Shown here: in pieces, positions 59,801-64,000 of the stretch
How the letters are laid out: every line of letters begins with the position of its first letter
Numbering within the stretch: the stretch's first letter is position 1
Source of the DNA: Podospora anserina
Lineage: Eukaryota
Length of the DNA: 64,000 nucleotides
Direction of reading: 5' to 3'
NCBI GenBank assembly: GCA_017654855.1
Contig: CM030333.1
Location: 1,674,001-1,738,000 of the forward strand
The notes under the pieces: model-generated
What the model was told of the DNA's origin: nothing
The model's database searches: none
Seen by the model: the letters and a program-made list of their open reading frames with translations, nothing else
Translations under genes and position numbers: made by a program

Positions 59801-61397
59801 GCTCCGGTACTGTTTTGGTTCGCCGGCCAAAGAGCGTGAAGCGGCTCTTGAAGACTGATACACCAGGACTGGGTGTCCGGGTGGTCCTCCCAACTTCTGG
59901 TTTGGAAGAGGCCGGCACATCTCCAAAGGTCGCAGCCCGAGGTGCTGGAGTAGCTTCTCGAACAGGGGGCCGCCGAGAGAGATAGCTCGGTCGATCCGGA
60001 AGAGATGACGAAGGGGGAGGTCGACTTGCAGGGCCTTGGGTCGCCAGGGCACTATGTCTTCGGTCAGACAACGAGGTAGATGATAAGTTGCTATGAACGA
60101 CCGGGATAGGTTGGCCCAATGGCACTCGAAGATCGGGGGTTCCATCTCGACTGGGTCTGACAGGTGGCGTCGCCTTGGGCGAAGTGACAGGCTGCGCAGC
60201 CTGGACATGGCGAGGGCGGGAATTTGATGTGGCTTTGGCGGGAGGAGGAGAGGCCGTCCGTGGTTGGCCAGCCTCGCGTGCGGGTTGAAATGGCGACTGG
60301 CCTTCATCTCGGCTACCGTTGGACTTGTGCGACGACTTTCGAGGTGGGGGGGTCGGTGGAAGCACAATCTTCTTCTTTTTCTTCTCTTTCCCATCTGCCC
60401 CTGCGCGAACTGTCGAATTGGACGAAGACGAATTGGACAGCTCTCTTACCACCGGCAACCCCTGAGGATCAACGCTTGCACAATCTACCTCATTTGATAT
60501 GCTTCCGTTCCTGCGTTTGGTGACTGGAGGTCGTGTCTGAACAAGCTCGGCCTGTCGTAGTCTGCCGGTAGATGGTGGTGCAATCCGGAACGGAGCCACG
60601 AGGCCAGGAGATTGAGAGCACATCGACGTTGGTGTGGTGTCACGGCTGTAAGGGCCAGGCCCCGGGGATTCGGACCACCTGGTTGAGGGGCTTCCGCTAA
60701 CTTGACTGCTATTTCCCGAGAACAAAGGCGTGGGGGGGGGAAGGTCATGAGTAGCAAGTCGGTGGAGCACAACATCTCCGTATCTGTCCAGTTCCGGGTA
60801 TATTGTCACTGGCTGGGCTGTGGTTTTGGCAATCTCAACCTGGTGAGCAACATGTATCTCCATCGGGCTCTGGGTGAGCTCGCGATCAAGCTGTAAGCTC
60901 GACAAGTCGGGTGAAGCCAGCGAGAATGGGTCCGAGTCTGAGGAGTTGGTCCTGGTCGACTCCTCGTGGAGATCGGAACGGTTGGCCGTGTCTTGGACCA
61001 GGCCTGAGCGTTTTCTCCGGAGAACATTTCGTGGTTTGGAGCTGGGGGCCGGAAGCCTGCTGCTGGTTATCGTCGTAGTCACAGTTGAACCTGTTAACCC
61101 CAAAGTGTTGGGGCTGCCGATCGAAGCCCGGAAATGTGACTGTTGACCGAGACGAGAAGGCTCGAGCTGACCATCGGACGGTCGTCGATGTGAGAGAGCC
61201 ATTGGCAGTCGGCTGGACATCTTGGGTTGCGGGATGGCCCGCAACGCTTCACGGCGGGCATCTGGACCTTGTTTGGTCTTCGAACTCGTGCCGGACCCTA
61301 TCGTAGCCCTTGGGGTTTCCATCTGAGCTCCTGTGTTTCTGACCCCAATATCACCTGACCGGCCAAGAGCCTTTGGCCCTGGCCTTCTTGAAGCCAT
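56868..61397 (-). CDS. Large Ser/Pro-rich protein with C-terminal class I SAM-methyltransferase-like domain, ~1509 aa
   Basis: Intronless ORF with first ATG at 61397 (MASRRPGPK). The C-terminal region has ILVIDGLGNDDWSFY, FPFGAQSFTAVV and EARRVLKPGGFIELSILD, resembling methyltransferase type 11 motifs. Confidence 0.88.
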   Translation of the reverse strand: MASRRPGPKALGRSGDIGVRNTGAQMETPRATIGSGTSSKTKQGPDARREALRAIPQPKMSSRLPMALSHRRPSDGQLEPSRLGQQSHFRASIGSPNTLGLTGSTVTTTITSSRLPAPSSKPRNVLRRKRSGLVQDTANRSDLHEESTRTNSSDSDPFSLASPDLSSLQLDRELTQSPMEIHVAHQVEIAKTTAQPVTIYPELDRYGDVVLHRLATHDLPPPTPLFSGNSSQVSGSPSTRWSESPGPGPYSRDTTPTSMCSQSPGLVAPFRIAPPSTGRLRQAELVQTRPPVTKRRNGSISNEVDCASVDPQGLPVVRELSNSSSSNSTVRAGADGKEKKKKKIVLPPTPPPRKSSHKSNGSRDEGQSPFQPAREAGQPRTASPPPAKATSNSRPRHVQAAQPVTSPKATPPVRPSRDGTPDLRVPLGQPIPVVHSNLSSTSLSDRRHSALATQGPASRPPPSSSLPDRPSYLSRRPPVREATPAPRAATFGDVPASSKPEVGRTTRTPSPGVSVFKSRFTLFGRRTKTVPEPSQEQEKKDKTARKGPAAGTGHEGYGRLGHARRRSSTTLPGRVIPGTMSSQEGKPGDSFLAERMAPVIIAGGEIIENRNASAELTRTESSQSMSLRRPSVESRNSSQISLFSREQPRNTLWPSPIPRGVTPSPAPSSRRPSESSVSEAQTLKPTLALRRSIQRLKSGEQEPPRLPKPIVTRPQVVSPSLTSLDASIMSDDSVFDPSVGLAKAKPEPATSTNLGPKKLIKRSRSPRKWNFFGRSHSQPAVEKQVEPEKPTVAAVEAPPSKPVAFYTLIDSSEAEDAETPDLDEVLREAKRADTPPAQPPVKVTEDKRRSTQIPVPQANMTPSSIIPKRTVISPINPAPMSAVPMSPPERQAMPPRQAPPRPSRLPQVGRIPKVVSARTEQLSPPSFSRPFNRRSIQAPAVKSIVQNVEPMATAPMSPKDLTPELVQDELTERSISNISALIYGIPRLSPVDPSRSHHEFLCFSPRKNSQCTTTSSSSSGGFFNYAEATAVVPDPSAPLAEDEIWDEYNDLLGEDTPRFSAIGGKAWPKPLRLEATKRIEPALESPTLSPPPLPSLVQALRQGMEQTSSSVYTTEMAEEVRRALDTGMSICVSIPTADMPTTAAEPQKPEPAPQVNSTPAQVQQTRISSGSCSSQSSEEITPTSQVNLRVGSMTVSKWLTFGHVLFSPIRDELIPEVGSLKRPSILVIDGLGNDDWSFYAAETYPAATFFNLSPRAPLPAEHQNRSSTSSSTTIPLSPPNHHQIQYRSHLDKFPFGAQSFTAVVFRFPAAGPESHYRNIISEARRVLKPGGFIELSILDVDFNNMGNRGRRAVRRLKERIHARTPDTSLGSTSDLMLRLINRKGFTDIKTCRVGIPVASPATRSSRVSFTQTNTNKKDERSLPELMSEEGPVADESITSMVAKVGRWWYTRCYESAGVANPGMGWPGSKGSMWRDRMLVKECEEWGTSLKLMVCYGRVPDGNRARVASI

Positions 61398-64000
61398 TTG
61401 GATTCTATGTTTTGGAATCAAAGTAGGTCGTGTAGACCATAATCACCTGTGGCTCATTGAATACGGCGTGAGGTGGCGCAAAGGGAAGCTGTCTCGGGTG
61501 GTCCCTAATACGATGGAGGCGAAAGTGGCGGCCGCGTATCGAGGGGAGCTTTTGGGGGCAAATCTGCAACCGGGCAATTATGTATAACCTCAAGCAACCG
61601 ACACTCGGGTCAAGTCTCCTGTTGACCAGAACGCCTTCGATATCAGGCCGCCTGGTGGTGAGGCCTTGGTGACACAAGGCGCAAAGAGCCTCGTGGTGTG
61701 TGTTGATATCAAGAATTCGCCCCGAAGCAAAAAGGGGCCAAGAGTAAAGAGATGACTAAAAATTAAAGATGGCAAAAGACCGAAGTCAGAATAGAAAGAA
61801 ACGTAAAAAGGGTGGGAGTCGTCGCCGGGACAGGGGATATCGATGTAGGTATATCAACAGTCGAATGGGTAGAGGGGTCGCTAGGGTAGGTAGGTAGTGT
61901 CCCGCGAGGTGTAGGTGGGTGGGTGTAAGCTCGCGGACGCGGGTAAGAGGTGGGGTCGTGAGAGCGGAAGCGCTTGCGCTGTCTTGGGTCTACCTTAACT
62001 CGACCTGTCCTGGTAAGGCCGTTCAACGGCTGGTCTTACACGGGTTGCCGAGGAGAGGAGCCGGTGAAATAAGATGAGAAGCTCGGGAAGTCGTAATTAG
62101 AAGAGAATAGAAGAGAGGCCCACGGCACAGTTGATCTTTGAAAGAGAGACGGTGAGAGTTTTCCCCAGACAGCACAGAGGTGTATGTCTAGCTATGCCAT
62201 TGAAAATCCAGGGCTTCCTGGACCCTGTTGGACAGGATGGATGGAGAGCCAGGCCGATGTACACTTGTATCCCGAGCTATCTTTGACCTGAGTGGCGTAG
62301 ACGCCGTCGTCCAGACCTGCATGCGACCCCTTGGAGGATGTCGGCAAAGTCATGTGGGTTCGTTCTAAATGGACATGGCCGACAAATGGCAGGATTGGGC
62401 AGAAAGAAGATGCAAGAGGGTCCGTTGAGAGAGCTCAGTTGCCAGTCCTGCTGCTGACTCACGAGGGATTGTGGTATTGACTGCAGGCCCGTTGAGAAGA
62501 AATGGGTCGAGGCAGCCCAGCTCTGACGAAGCAATGCATTACATAGAGAGGGAGAGAGGTACTTCGTAGGATGGCAAAGTGCCCTGGGGTTGTGTTGCCA
62601 GTGGAGTCGCCGGGCCGGGGCAGGGCAGGGCGAGAAAGGCTCCACTAAAGACGGCCCTCGTTCACCTGAAGACTGCATGTCGCTGGGCAGACTGCGCCGC
62701 GATGCGCGCGAGACAGCCCTGGAAGCTGCATGACCCTAATGCCCTATGAGCGTCTGAAAGGCAGATTTTTCCCTACCATTGGGCACCGGAATCCCAAATA
62801 CCCCAGTCCCATTCTCCCAATCCTCTCAATTCTCCTCTCAAAGCCGCATATCTCCTCTCTGCAGACCGACGTGGTTTTTGCCCATCTCATGACCGTTCCT
62901 GAACAGAAGCGAGGGAGAAAATCCTGCAAGTAATATAGCAGTCGTGGACGCTCTTAATGCTCTTAAGACCTGGGATCAGGCCCGAACTCTCCCAAGACTC
63001 GCAAAGGCGGCTGGAGACGGGAAACCGTTCGCCGCCACCGGTCTCGAGCGGCGTCGAGCGGGACAAGCGGGAGTTGAGCGGCGTGAGTGGTTGCTATGGT
63101 GGGCTTGCGGGGTGTGGTCCACGGTTCAACGTTTAGCGGTCTATGATCTCGGGTAATTGTGGTCGCTAGGGTGAAGTTCAACAGACGGAGAGTGAGGTCC
63201 CAAACTTGCGAGTCGTTGATGGGCCAGCAAGGGTCGCAAACTGGTCGCTGCGTTTCGAACCCGCCAGCCGTCCCAAGACATCAAACCGGGGCTACGTCTG
63301 TTCGTCCGAAAGTGCCTGTCTGTCAGTGTCAGTCTAGCAAATCGGTGCTCTTGATGGCCATCAAACTCCCAACTCTCGCGGATCACCATTCGAGACATCA
63401 CACCAGCAGGCTGTCAAAACTCCCAAAATCAATTGTGTGCTCTCACCTGGTGTAAGACAATCGAGACCCCGCACCACCCATGTCGTCGATCACCAGGGCC
63501 CTAGACAGCTCTCCACCCACGAGGAAGACGCCACTCTTTCCTCCGACTTCACGTGCTCAGACAAACAACCTCGCGTCTCCTGTAGTCAACCGCCATTGCA
63601 ACACAGACGAACACGATGGGGGAGCACAGCATCTGCCAAAATGGAGTGTTCCAGAAGACACAAAATCAACGGATACGAAGAAGAGGAAGACGTAAACCAC
63701 CCAACCGAGACGCCGTGGTTTGGCCAGCCGCCGTGCACGTGCGTCCCTATTCGTCGCCAAAACTGTGGTTGCCCCGCTATTTATTCTGATTGGCCAGAAT
63801 ACCATCTTTTCCAACCAATCGTAATTCTACTCTCTTGACTTTCCCGTCTGGACTTTTTCAACGTCCAGCCAAACATCATCACTCATTAATCAAAAAGAAA
63901 AAACTCTTTCCTGACTCCTGTTCGAAGTGGAGTTTCACTTATTTACTCCTGGAGTCATGGAGATATCATTCGGCCGTTCTCACGGACTTTGAAAATGACC

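Noticed and set aside
63480-63695. 71 aa ATG ORF near the window end (MSSITRALDSS...)
   Set aside because: It could be a first exon, but the donor (GTAAAC) is weak and no downstream exon or family can be supported within the window.

Overview
Eukaryotic DNA from a filamentous ascomycete, probably Sordariales (Podospora-like, inferred from intron signals, gene families and composition). I resolved about 12 well-supported protein-coding genes, assembling exons by hand from GT..AG and CTRAC signals; every spliced model sums to a whole number of codons. They encode a Zn2Cys6 transcription factor with a ~12 kb gene-free upstream region, a Tho1/SARNP-like SAP protein, Ssh4, a single-pass membrane protein, a Pro-rich protein, an EEP hydrolase, a small disordered protein, a ~2040 aa DH/PH-like repeat protein, a secreted BBE-like FAD oxidase, a Pth11-like membrane protein, a Dcr2 metallophosphatase and a large protein with a C-terminal SAM-methyltransferase-like domain. 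There are also two possible gene relics and several microsatellites. I recognised no rRNA, tRNA, transposon or CRISPR. Best observations: (1) all three TAG-terminated genes have the stop in a UAG-G-R context inside a predicted hairpin loop and continue in frame for 64-105 codons, as expected for sexual-stage A-to-I stop-loss editing; (2) a ~135 nt stem-loop lies inside the long Tho1 intron; (3) a 558 nt Dcr2 intron splits the GHDH motif and carries degenerate ~66 bp tandem repeats; (4) the DH/PH-like protein has a 10-copy DDGIRVxP repeat.
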